Below, one piece after another: positions 47,246 through 56,757 of a DNA stretch of 64,000 nucleotides. Numbering within the stretch: position 1 is the first letter of the stretch; the number at the start of each line of letters is the position of its first letter. This DNA comes from an archaeon (GTDB taxonomy: Archaea > Methanobacteriota_B > Thermococci > Methanofastidiosales > NM3). The stretch covers positions 1 to 64,000 of the forward strand of contig RXIG01000001.1 of assembly GCA_004212155.1 (NCBI GenBank), given 5' to 3'. The notes under the pieces are model-generated. The model searched no databases, was not told the DNA's origin, and was given only the letters and a program-made list of their open reading frames with translations. The position numbers and the translations under genes were made by a program.

Positions 47246-49321
47246 TTACCAGACTGCAGCCTGGTATACCCTCTTCGTTATCGGGTCCTGAACGAAGACC
47301 ACGACACCGCCATCCTCGGGAATGGTAAGCGCAAGCGACACGCTGCCCGTGGGATCGAACTGGCTTACGGTGCGCCTATGGCCCTCGATCGCGACGTGAT
47401 AGAACACCTTGGACGAGCCTGGCGGGGACAATCCGTTCTCATACACGACAAAGAAGACATTAAGTTCGGACGGCACGGTGTTGTCCAACGGTTTGATAAA
47501 CGCCTCGACATTCATCTTGCTTGGATCCATGACGGATGGAGTTACCGAAAGGTCGAGGCGCACCTTGAGCGTATCATCGAGAAGCGATTCGGTGGCGGCT
47601 TCGTACTGAGCATAGGTGGACCCGGAACCCCCCTTAATGTTCCTAATACCATCAAACATCGATTGTGGTGTGCCACCCATCGTGTAAAAGCTTGCCCTCT
47701 CATTTGAAAAGATGTTGTTGAACGAGTCGTTCAGATGATACTCGATCGCGACGACATCATCGGGATAGTTGTCCAAAAGGTCGTGTAGGGCGCTTTCAGC
47801 AGCGGGGCAGTACGTGCAATTCGCAGAAGTGAAGAGCTCAACGAACACCCTCTTCTGCTGGCGCTGTGCCGTCATGAGCTCAAACGATGCGTTCTGGGAA
47901 CGTTGGCTGCCCGATGAGATGACGGTCACGTTCACGACGCCTCTCTGATTGGGCTGGGCGCCTTCAGGTACGATGATCGTAACGCCGACGGTGACGTTGC
48001 CACCCGGAGAGACCGTTACCTCTCGTTTTGATATCTCATAGGTCCACCCTGATGGTAGCGAGGGAACAGGCTGTAGAGCATACGTATCGGCAGCATTTCC
48101 GTTGTTTTGGACCTGGAATAGATAGGTAGTGCTTGAGCCTGGCAAGACCACTTTGGAACGCTCTTCGATATTGAGCTCGAATCCGTACGTAGGGCTCACG
48201 ATAAGGGTGAATCGCTGTGTCTTGACATCTCCGGTGTCGTTTTGCGAGGTGACCTGAAGTATCGTTTCTCCCTGGGCATTCCCTTGGGCAGATGATGGGG
48301 ACTTGAGCGTGAGCACGATGTTTTTCGAACCGTTCGGTTCGACCGTTACCTTCTCGTGCAGGAGCGAACCAGACCAGCCCGCTGTGGTGTTTTTCAATTG
48401 AAAGTAATACGTATCCGTGCTCGAGCCGTTATTTTGCACCGTCGCGTTGAACGTCGCCGTTTCTCCGGCAGTCACGAACTTCTCAGTCGTTGCAGCGATG
48501 AGCTCATACGATGCAGTGGCCTCGGATGTGACATTGACCGTCAGCGAGTCGCGGTACTTACCGTCACTCGAGCGTGCCTCGATGCGGATCGTGGCCTCGC
48601 CCGGACCCGCGCTGGCCGATGTCGACACGCGAAGCACGAGCGACTCGTCTTGCTCCGGTTCTACAGATCCCGTATACTTATGCCCATAATCCGTCGTGGC
48701 ATCAAGCAGTGAGACGCTCCACCCCTGTGGCATCGACGTGCCTCCAGCAGCAACGGTAACATCGTAACGTGAGAGGATGTTGCCTGTGTTTTTTAGTGCG
48801 ACCGTGAAGTCTGTGGTCTGACCAGGTAACACGCTCTTTTGCGTCGTGTCGACCGATAGGTCCGGCGCATATCCGACATAGAGCGTCGATGCATAGAGCG
48901 TCGAAGCGAGCAAAAGGAGCACGATCACGAAGTTGAGCAACAAAAGCACCTTTCCACCACGCGGCCGCTTCGACGGCCCCCTCGGCGGATCCTCTTTATC
49001 TGGCCTCTCTGGAGGGGCACGCGGTGGCGGACGTTGTGTCGCCGCCGGCTTTTGCCTCATGGTTGGTGGCGGGGCAGAGGCACGAACGGGCGCTGAGGGC
49101 GTATACGATAAAGGGGGTGATTGGCGCACGCTGCGGCCACCTGGCGGAGCGCCGCGTTGGTAGTCAAACATCGATGTAGGATGGTAACAGTGAGGGCACG
49201 TCTTGTGCGAATAAAGGTGCTCGCGGACGCATTGCTGGTGAAATGGTGTCTTGCAATAGGTGCAGTGTACCATGTCCCGTTGTGTAATGGGTGCGTTGCA
49301 CAATTCACACGTATGCGCCAT
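47246..49321 (-). CDS. Multidomain membrane protein: C4HC3 RING/PHD-like finger, Pro-rich linker, TM, Ig-like (COG1470/NEW3-type) repeats, thioredoxin-like CxxC domain
   Basis: CELC...CTYCKTPFHQQC...CPHC; TM VLLLLNFVIVLLLL; three NxG..D/xY...GW repeats; VELFTSANCTYCP. Confidence 0.85.
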   Translation of the reverse strand: MAHTCELCNAPITQRDMVHCTYCKTPFHQQCVREHLYSHKTCPHCYHPTSMFDYQRGAPPGGRSVRQSPPLSYTPSAPVRASAPPPTMRQKPAATQRPPPRAPPERPDKEDPPRGPSKRPRGGKVLLLLNFVIVLLLLASTLYASTLYVGYAPDLSVDTTQKSVLPGQTTDFTVALKNTGNILSRYDVTVAAGGTSMPQGWSVSLLDATTDYGHKYTGSVEPEQDESLVLRVSTSASAGPGEATIRIEARSSDGKYRDSLTVNVTSEATASYELIAATTEKFVTAGETATFNATVQNNGSSTDTYYFQLKNTTAGWSGSLLHEKVTVEPNGSKNIVLTLKSPSSAQGNAQGETILQVTSQNDTGDVKTQRFTLIVSPTYGFELNIEERSKVVLPGSSTTYLFQVQNNGNAADTYALQPVPSLPSGWTYEISKREVTVSPGGNVTVGVTIIVPEGAQPNQRGVVNVTVISSGSQRSQNASFELMTAQRQQKRVFVELFTSANCTYCPAAESALHDLLDNYPDDVVAIEYHLNDSFNNIFSNERASFYTMGGTPQSMFDGIRNIKGGSGSTYAQYEAATESLLDDTLKVRLDLSVTPSVMDPSKMNVEAFIKPLDNTVPSELNVFFVVYENGLSPPGSSKVFYHVAIEGHRRTVSQFDPTGSVSLALTIPEDGGVVVFVQDPITKRVYQAAVW

Positions 49322-49407
49322 AACCGTTCACTTTGTTTCCCTATACATAAAAGTTTATTTATAAATATATAAATCATTGCACTACGTGTGGCGCCCTATT
49401 GCATCCT

Positions 49408-50025
49408 TCACTGCTGAGAGTTCACGTATTGTTCAAATGTCATTTCCTTGTACGAACCAGTGGACACATATTCGAGCATCAGTCTGAACTCGTACGGGGG
49501 TTTGTACCCCGGCACCACGTCATACCCGGGCACTACCTTGATCAACGAACCATCGGGCGAAAGGAAAACGGAGCTTGGCGTGCCCGGGACCCGATACTTG
49601 CTTTCGATGTATAGTCCTGTGATCTCCGGATTCTCATCAGATATCGGGTCTGATGACCATATGTTCACAGACACCGATTCGAAGTGCTCCCCGAGATAGG
49701 TTGTCACATCCTCGTCCATGAACGTGTCGCTTTGCATGAGGTCACAGTAGGGGCAGTTGCGCCTCCATAAGTAGATGTAGACGTATGTGTCGTTCTCTTG
49801 TGCCGCTCTGAGGGCGTCATCGTACGATTGCCACCCGATAGGCGACACCGGTGCTGCAGTCGTTGTCGGCGCCTGCGTCGTTGGGGGCGACGTGGTAGTG
49901 GGGGACTGCGTCGTTGGCGCCGCGGTTGTCGTTGGAGGGGGCGTCGTGGTGGACGTATCGTCTCCACCGACACATCCCGCGAGTAGCACCATCACTAGTA
50001 GGATCAATAATGCCTTGTATCGCAT
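49408..50025 (-). CDS. Thioredoxin-fold (SoxW-like) lipoprotein
   Basis: Lipobox LLAGC, Thr/Pro linker, CPYC, cis-Pro motif GTP; start reassigned to MRYKALL. Confidence 0.88.
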   Translation of the reverse strand: MRYKALLILLVMVLLAGCVGGDDTSTTTPPPTTTAAPTTQSPTTTSPPTTQAPTTTAAPVSPIGWQSYDDALRAAQENDTYVYIYLWRRNCPYCDLMQSDTFMDEDVTTYLGEHFESVSVNIWSSDPISDENPEITGLYIESKYRVPGTPSSVFLSPDGSLIKVVPGYDVVPGYKPPYEFRLMLEYVSTGSYKEMTFEQYVNSQQ

Positions 50026-50042
50026 GGGAACACCGTGGAGCA

Positions 50043-50954
50043 TCAGTGGCGCTTCAGGTACCGAGCCACGTTGAGCGCCGCCTTGCATCCGTCGCCTACG
50101 GCAGTGGTCACCTGTTTGTACTTTTCGTTCGTGACATCACCGACTGCATAGACTCCCTTGATCGATGTCTCCTGCTTGTCGTTCACTCGAATATAGCCGC
50201 TCTTTGTAAGGTCGATGCCGGTCCCTGCAAGGAACTCCGTGTTCGGTTTCTTGCCTATGTTCACAAAGATCCCATCGGCCTCCAACACTTGTTCGGAGCC
50301 ACCATCGCCGTTGTATTCGATGACCACTCTTTCGAGCTTGTCGGATCCCTCGAGGCGCTTTACCTCCGCACTGGTAATGACCTCGACAGAACTGTCAAAA
50401 ATCTTGTCGAGATAGATGTCTTCCTTCGCCTCGAGCTCGTCCGTCGGTGTGACGAGCACGACGCTCTCGGCGATCTCCTCAAGGTAAAGTGCGGCGGTGA
50501 TACCAGGGATGCCCTTGCCCGCGACGACCGTCTTCTTGCCCCTGTAGAGCGGGCCGTCGCATGTCGTGCAGTACACGACGCCACGACCCTGGAATGTGTC
50601 CTCTCCTTCCACCTCGAGCTTCTTGTGGGTCAGTCCAAGTGAGAGTATGATGGTCTTGGCATCTACCTGTTCATCGCCCATATCGATCTTCATCGAATCG
50701 AAGTCGACGCTTTTTACCGTTGCGTATTTGATATCGACATCCGTTCTTTGCACCTGCTCGGCGATCCTCTGGGCAAGCTCCATGCCCTTGATGCCGTCGG
50801 GGAATCCCGGATAGTTCTCAATGACGCTCGCATACGCCATATACCCTCCGAGCATCTCCTTTTCTATGAGCAGTGTCTTGAGATTGGAACGGACGCAGTA
50901 GAGGGCGGCGGTCATCCCTCCCGGTCCACCGCCTATGATCACAACATCGTACAT
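50043..50954 (-). CDS. trxB: Thioredoxin reductase-like flavoprotein
   Basis: GGGPGG, IENYPG, GRGVVYCTTCDG, TSIKGVYAVGD. Confidence 0.9.
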   Translation of the reverse strand: MYDVVIIGGGPGGMTAALYCVRSNLKTLLIEKEMLGGYMAYASVIENYPGFPDGIKGMELAQRIAEQVQRTDVDIKYATVKSVDFDSMKIDMGDEQVDAKTIILSLGLTHKKLEVEGEDTFQGRGVVYCTTCDGPLYRGKKTVVAGKGIPGITAALYLEEIAESVVLVTPTDELEAKEDIYLDKIFDSSVEVITSAEVKRLEGSDKLERVVIEYNGDGGSEQVLEADGIFVNIGKKPNTEFLAGTGIDLTKSGYIRVNDKQETSIKGVYAVGDVTNEKYKQVTTAVGDGCKAALNVARYLKRH

Positions 50955-51023
50955 ATATCAAGTTCTTTGGAGGATGTTAAAAAAGATTTTGGAAAGGTGT
51001 GCCACATCAATTCATGCCTATTA

Positions 51024-53849
51024 TCACTCTATGTATATGGCCACCCTTCCCGGTTGGGCATGCTCCCTTTTGCTCTCGGGATCGTAGTCGGAGTCGATGG
51101 TCACGGGTGCTCCGACCTCCGTCTCGATGAACTGTTTGGCTTCGTTGAGGATGCCACATTCGTCGATGTCGTGGGCCGCTGACTTGTGTTTCATGACCGA
51201 CGCGAGGAACTTGGAGACCTTCTTGCCGTGCTTGCGCATGTCCTCGTCTTGCATGAGGCGCGCCATGGCACTTTTCATGTCGCCCTCTTCCTGGGCGACC
51301 CTCGCCGCTTCCCACTTCCACTGGGGGCTCGTGTAGATGTAGACGTTGCTTGGCTGTTCTATCTTTGCCACACGTATGATCTCCTTGATGTCATCGATGA
51401 CGCTTTTCAGGAATTCCTCGGCATATATCATCGTCTCGTCAGGTGCCTTCCACGGGGAGGTCCACTCGGAGACCGAGATGAATCCATCCATGCCGATTGC
51501 TTCCCAGATCTCCTCTGCGACATGGGGGCAAAAGAGCGAGAGTATTTGCGTCTGCACCTCTATGAAGCGGTCCATGAGCTCGCAGTGGTGGTCTGCCGTT
51601 CGGCGCTGATACCACTTCAGCGCGCGGTGGAGGTCGAAGTAACCGCGCTGTATGGCGCTGCGATACATCATGCCCTCGAGCGCCTCTTCCACGTCCTTCA
51701 TGATCGATAGCATCACCGTCTCGAACCAGAGGTCGATAAACTGCATCTCCCCTCGTCTTCCCGTGCCGTACATCGTCGTAGCGAAATGATACCACGACGA
51801 GAGCTTCTCACCCATCGTCTCGACGAAGCTGGTCTCCCAGTTGGGGTCGTCGACGCCTTCGCCGCTGTACATAAGCCCGATGCGCACGACGTCGGTGCCG
51901 TATCTCTCGCACACGTCGCAGGAGGTGTAGACGTTGCCCTTTGAGGAGCTCATCTTCTCCTTGTCGATCATGAGCCACCCGTTGACGCCCATGGCGCGCG
52001 GCCAGTGATGAGGCGGAAAGATGGCGGTATGATTGAAGAGGCAGAACGTAAGGTGGTTTTGGATAAGGTCCTTGCCCGATGTCCTCAGGTCAAACGGATA
52101 CCAGTAGTTGAACTCATCCCGCAGTCCCTCGACGAACGAGGCGTCCTTTTTAATACGTGAAGCGACGTCCTTGGCAGAGCCTATGCCAAGGAATACGTAG
52201 TCGAAGAACGCATCGTCCACGTCAGCAGGATCGATCTCATCGATCTTATGCGCTATGGTATAGTATGCCATGTATATGGTCGAGTCCGAGAGTGATTCTA
52301 TCATCCATTCCTCGTCCCAGGGAAGCGTCGTGCCAAGGCCAACCTTCCTGGTGCATGCCCAGTTGTTGAGCCAGTCGATGACATATTCGAACTGCTTGCG
52401 TATGAGGGGAGGGTAGAGTTCCATCCTGTCGAGAGCCTGATGCGTTTTCTCCTTCCATTCAGGGTCCCCATACGCGAGGAAGTATTGGTCCCTGACTATC
52501 TTGACCGTACAGGGCGAGAGGCATCTGCAGACGACCTCGCCCGACGGTTCGTACATCTTGTCCGCCCTGCCCTGGTCGATAAGCATTTGCTTGATCGCCT
52601 CCTTGGCATCCTCGACGCTCATGCCGGCGTACTCCCCGCAATTGTCGTTCATGACGCCCGTGTAGAATCCTGATTTGTATATTTCCTTCTTGGCCTTGGT
52701 GAGCTTCTCGCGATCGAGTTGCGACTCGATGCCCATCTTCTCGCATATCTCCTTGGCGGGCAGAGGCCCCCATCCCTTCGAACGGATGATCGCTATTGGT
52801 TCGATGGAAGCTATGTCCTCATGGCTCAGTCCGTATTTTTCCAGTTCCTCAGGATCGTTTTGGAGATCGTGCAGCCCTATCCAGTCGTCAGGCGCGTCGG
52901 AGGGGACACTCGTCACGATCCCCGTGCCCTTGCAGGGGTCGCAGAATGCCGATGGAAGGATGATGATGTTCTTTTCGATGGCAGGGGCGCGCGCAGTATG
53001 TCCGATGAGTTCGCGTCCTTTGACGGACCCTATCACCTCGACATCCTTTTCCTGGTCTGAGAGCTTCTCTGCGCATTCCCTGGAAATGATCCATTCCTCC
53101 CCGCCGACACGTGCGCGCACGTATTCGTAGTCCGGATCGACCCAGATATTCGTCTGGCCGTATACCGTTTCGGGCCGGAGCGTGGCAGCGATGATATACC
53201 CATCACCGAAGGCGAACTTGAGGAGCGTGAACTCCTGCGGCGTCTCACCTTCCCCCTCCAGGCGGCTGTGGTCGCTCACCGCATTCTGGCACTCCTTGCA
53301 CCATATGACCGGGTGGGCCCCTTTGATCACGAAGTTGCCCTCCTTTAGCTTCCTGAACTGCCACTTTATGAATGCATCATAGTGGGGATTGAGAGATGTG
53401 GTGATAAACGAGCGGCGCCAGTCTATGGACATGCCCATGGACTTGAGGTGTTCGGTGGTCTTTTCAGGAAAGTATTGGGTCCAGAACTCCGGGTCTGCGA
53501 ACCGGGGTATAAGCTCGTCTTCAACGCCCATGTTGCGCAGGATGGCGATCTGCTTTTGTTCACCGTTTGCTATCCTGCGTGCAGCGTTGACGATGGGGCT
53601 GCCAGTGCAGTGGAACGCGAAGGGGAAGAGCACGTTGTAACCCTTCATGCGCTTGTAGCGTGCAAGGACCTCCCCTCGAAGGTAGGTGAAGAGGCGTCCT
53701 ATATGAAGAAATCCGTTCATGTACGGATACGGGATGTTGAGAAAGAACTTTTCCCTTTCGTCCGGGGTTGCATCAAATACGTGCTCTTTTTCCCATTTTT
53801 CCTGCCATTTTTTCTCAATACGTTCAAAATCAAGTGGTTCTACGCTCAT
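51024..53849 (-). CDS. leuS: Leucine--tRNA ligase (archaeal type)
   Basis: PYPYMNGFLHIG, ATLRPET, GTGIVTSVPSDAP, ESLSDSTIY, KMSSS. Confidence 0.97.
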   Translation of the reverse strand: MSVEPLDFERIEKKWQEKWEKEHVFDATPDEREKFFLNIPYPYMNGFLHIGRLFTYLRGEVLARYKRMKGYNVLFPFAFHCTGSPIVNAARRIANGEQKQIAILRNMGVEDELIPRFADPEFWTQYFPEKTTEHLKSMGMSIDWRRSFITTSLNPHYDAFIKWQFRKLKEGNFVIKGAHPVIWCKECQNAVSDHSRLEGEGETPQEFTLLKFAFGDGYIIAATLRPETVYGQTNIWVDPDYEYVRARVGGEEWIISRECAEKLSDQEKDVEVIGSVKGRELIGHTARAPAIEKNIIILPSAFCDPCKGTGIVTSVPSDAPDDWIGLHDLQNDPEELEKYGLSHEDIASIEPIAIIRSKGWGPLPAKEICEKMGIESQLDREKLTKAKKEIYKSGFYTGVMNDNCGEYAGMSVEDAKEAIKQMLIDQGRADKMYEPSGEVVCRCLSPCTVKIVRDQYFLAYGDPEWKEKTHQALDRMELYPPLIRKQFEYVIDWLNNWACTRKVGLGTTLPWDEEWMIESLSDSTIYMAYYTIAHKIDEIDPADVDDAFFDYVFLGIGSAKDVASRIKKDASFVEGLRDEFNYWYPFDLRTSGKDLIQNHLTFCLFNHTAIFPPHHWPRAMGVNGWLMIDKEKMSSSKGNVYTSCDVCERYGTDVVRIGLMYSGEGVDDPNWETSFVETMGEKLSSWYHFATTMYGTGRRGEMQFIDLWFETVMLSIMKDVEEALEGMMYRSAIQRGYFDLHRALKWYQRRTADHHCELMDRFIEVQTQILSLFCPHVAEEIWEAIGMDGFISVSEWTSPWKAPDETMIYAEEFLKSVIDDIKEIIRVAKIEQPSNVYIYTSPQWKWEAARVAQEEGDMKSAMARLMQDEDMRKHGKKVSKFLASVMKHKSAAHDIDECGILNEAKQFIETEVGAPVTIDSDYDPESKREHAQPGRVAIYIE

Positions 53850-54115
53850 TTAACCCCACCATTTACAAGGAATAGAATATAGAATAGACGGTACTATAAG
53901 AAGATTGCTATCGTCGTGCCAAAAAGCATTCACCAGCATTGCTACTCGAACACATTGTACCAAGAAAATGGGGCTGTGTGTTTTATATATACTTTTCGGT
54001 TTTTTTGCGGGTGTGTTCGGAACGATGGGGCATCATATCAGCCCCATATAGCCCTATTTCACTATGGTCGTTGGCACGACATTATTTTTATACTACCCAC
54101 ATTCAATATCATACG

Positions 54116-54709
54116 ATGGAATCTCTGAATCGTTGTTGGGATACGGACAATCAGTTCTATATCAACTACCATGATAACGAGTGGGGCGTACCCACCACTG
54201 ATGACCGCACGTTGTTCGAGTTCCTCATACTTGAGGGGGCCCAGGCAGGACTCAGTTGGGAAACGATTCTCAACAAGCGCGAGGCCTACCGTGCAGCGTA
54301 CAAGGGATTCGACCCAAAGACGGTCGCTTCGTTTGGTGATGAAGACGTATCGCGCCTGCTAGCAGACAGCGGCATAGTCCGCAACCGCAGGAAGATTGCC
54401 TCGTCGATCCGCAATGCACGTTGTTTCCTTGACATACAAGAAGAGTTCGGATCGTTCTCGAAGTTCATATGGCAGTTCGTCGGAGGCAACCCCATCAATC
54501 ACGCGTGTTCGAGCATCGAGGGGGTGCCCGTGTTCACACCTGAGGCGGAGCGCATGAGCGCAGAACTCAAGCGCAGGGGATTCTCGTTTGTCGGCCCCAC
54601 CATATGCTACTCTTTCATGCAAGCAGTCGGCATGGTAAACGATCATCTGACGTATTGTTTCAGATACAATGAAATACGTACGCAATTTCATGACTTCAAA
54701 GCATTTTGA
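54116..54709 (+). CDS. tag: DNA-3-methyladenine glycosylase I
   Basis: RCW...YHDNEWG, LEGAQAGLSW, GPTICYSFMQAVG, NDH...C; start reassigned to MESLNRC. Confidence 0.93.
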   Translation: MESLNRCWDTDNQFYINYHDNEWGVPTTDDRTLFEFLILEGAQAGLSWETILNKREAYRAAYKGFDPKTVASFGDEDVSRLLADSGIVRNRRKIASSIRNARCFLDIQEEFGSFSKFIWQFVGGNPINHACSSIEGVPVFTPEAERMSAELKRRGFSFVGPTICYSFMQAVGMVNDHLTYCFRYNEIRTQFHDFKAF

Positions 54710-54764
54710 AGCATCTCAAAACGTTTAATAACCCTTTGCTGCAAAGCCCCTAACGGTGATATAC

Positions 54765-55634
54765 ATGCAAAAACAGCATTACATAGGAGTTGGTCTTGTT
54801 TGCATCGTCCTCATCGGAGTCGTAGGATTCTGGATGACGAGTGGCGACGAGAACAAGACCCTGCAATTCTCTTTCGACTTCTCAGAGGACGACGCAGGAT
54901 GGGAACATCTGTTTGTCGACTACCCGGTAGGGGAAGAAGAGGACTATGAGCTCGAAGGAGGGCGCATGCTCCTCCCCGACACGTTAGGGCACGAATATGG
55001 ATACTACCTTTCGGGAGAGAACCACAGCGACGATCTCTCGATGTTGATCAAACGTTCGTTTGGGCCCGAGGACGGCCTCGATCCCAACACGACGTATCGC
55101 GTAAAGTTCTTCATTGAGATCGCCTCCAACGCGCCCTCTGGATGCGTTGGCGTCGGCGGTGCTCCCGGTGAGAGCGTATACTTCAAGGCAGGAGCGGCGG
55201 TAGCGGAGCCAACGGCCATCGTTGAGGGTGCGGGCGGCAATGAATACTATCGCTTGAGCATTGACAAGGGCAATCAGGCATCTGGCGGCAACGACTCCGT
55301 CGTGCTTGGTCACATCGGCACATCGAACAACGACTGTCATAATTGGGAGTTCCTCTTCAAGACGTTCCAGAGCACCGAGGGAGATTCTGATGCAACAAGC
55401 GACCAGAACATGTCCCCGGATGAGGCAGACGACATGACCAAGGAAACGCTTGACGGCTCTGTCAACGGAAGCGACGATTCCAATCTCCCACCACAGAACC
55501 CATCCACCATCATGGAGGTCACGACCGATGACTCGGGCCAGCTGTGGATCTTCATGGGGACCGACTCAGGATTCGAGGCGACAAGCAGCATCTACATCAA
55601 CGAGATACAGATCACCTTCGAACCTGTTGAGTGA
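54765..55634 (+). CDS. Membrane-anchored extracellular hypothetical protein
   Basis: N-terminal TM; beta-rich acidic body with NHSDDL, GVGGAPGESV, GTDSGFE motifs. Confidence 0.75.
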   Translation: MQKQHYIGVGLVCIVLIGVVGFWMTSGDENKTLQFSFDFSEDDAGWEHLFVDYPVGEEEDYELEGGRMLLPDTLGHEYGYYLSGENHSDDLSMLIKRSFGPEDGLDPNTTYRVKFFIEIASNAPSGCVGVGGAPGESVYFKAGAAVAEPTAIVEGAGGNEYYRLSIDKGNQASGGNDSVVLGHIGTSNNDCHNWEFLFKTFQSTEGDSDATSDQNMSPDEADDMTKETLDGSVNGSDDSNLPPQNPSTIMEVTTDDSGQLWIFMGTDSGFEATSSIYINEIQITFEPVE

Positions 55635-55689
55635 AATTACTTACTTCGTTTCAGCGCACATCTTTTTATAGTGCGCTTTCTATCCTTTT

Positions 55690-56757
55690 TTGATGAAGAT
55701 CATAACTGTCGGCGCAGGCCCATCCGGGCTCTACGTTTCACAGCTGCTTTCAAGACGGGGTCACGAGGTGCTCGTGATCGAGGAACACGACACAATTGGT
55801 GAACCGGTGCAATGCGCTGGGCTCGTCAGCAGCACGTTCGCCGACACGTATGGGTCATCGTCCGTGCTCAATGTCATCGATGGGGCACATGTGCACTGTT
55901 GCAATGTCTCGTTTGACCTGGTGCGACCGGGCGTGGCGAGCGTCCTTGACAGGGCAGCCTTCGATGCCTCATTTTCCGACGGCATCGACATCGAACGCGG
56001 CAACAGGGCAGATGAGATACGGGTAGCGAGGGGATCGTACCTCGTGTCAACGCCGGCGGCGACCCACGAGGCGGATATCGTTATCGGGGCTGACGGACCT
56101 TCATCCTTCGTGCGGCGCACCTTGGGATTCCCATCCGAGATATCGTTTTACGGTGCATGTCAGCAACGAGTTCGTGTCAAAGGCGACGTGGACGATACTA
56201 TGGTCACGGTGGACCTCAAGCGTCCTTTCTTCTCATGGGCCATCCCCGAGGGGGACGGTGTCGTTCGCATCGGCACCGTCGGCACCGTGTCGTCCCTCGA
56301 ACGATTCAAGACTCGGTTTGGATTTGAGGGTTCCATCCTCGGCCGCACAGGGGGCATCATCCCCGTGGGAACGTGTTCGCTCATCCGCGGGGGTGCGTTT
56401 CTCCTGGGCGACGCTGCCGCGCAGACAAAGCCGCTCACTGGTGGTGGCCTTTCGTTCGGGCTGCGCGCCGCAGAGCTCCTTGCAGAGGCCATCGATCAGG
56501 GGGATCCGTGCCGTTACCACCACCGATGGAACGCCGAGTTCGGCAGGGAGATGTCGTTTGGTCGTTCGATACGGAAGATGTATGAGAACATGTCGGAACG
56601 CGACCTTGTCAAGGTCATGTCGATACTAGCCGAGAAGCGGGAGCGATTGGAACAGGAAGCGGACTTCGACATGCATGCCACGATTGCACGCATCCTCTTC
56701 TCGACACCACGGTTCTATCCCGTATTCGGAAAGGCGATGGCCACGCTCGTGGGTTAG
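55690..56757 (+). CDS. Geranylgeranyl reductase family FAD oxidoreductase
   Basis: GAGPSG, CAGLVS, GADG, SWAIP, GDAAAQTKPLTGGG. Confidence 0.88.
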   Translation: MMKIITVGAGPSGLYVSQLLSRRGHEVLVIEEHDTIGEPVQCAGLVSSTFADTYGSSSVLNVIDGAHVHCCNVSFDLVRPGVASVLDRAAFDASFSDGIDIERGNRADEIRVARGSYLVSTPAATHEADIVIGADGPSSFVRRTLGFPSEISFYGACQQRVRVKGDVDDTMVTVDLKRPFFSWAIPEGDGVVRIGTVGTVSSLERFKTRFGFEGSILGRTGGIIPVGTCSLIRGGAFLLGDAAAQTKPLTGGGLSFGLRAAELLAEAIDQGDPCRYHHRWNAEFGREMSFGRSIRKMYENMSERDLVKVMSILAEKRERLEQEADFDMHATIARILFSTPRFYPVFGKAMATLVG

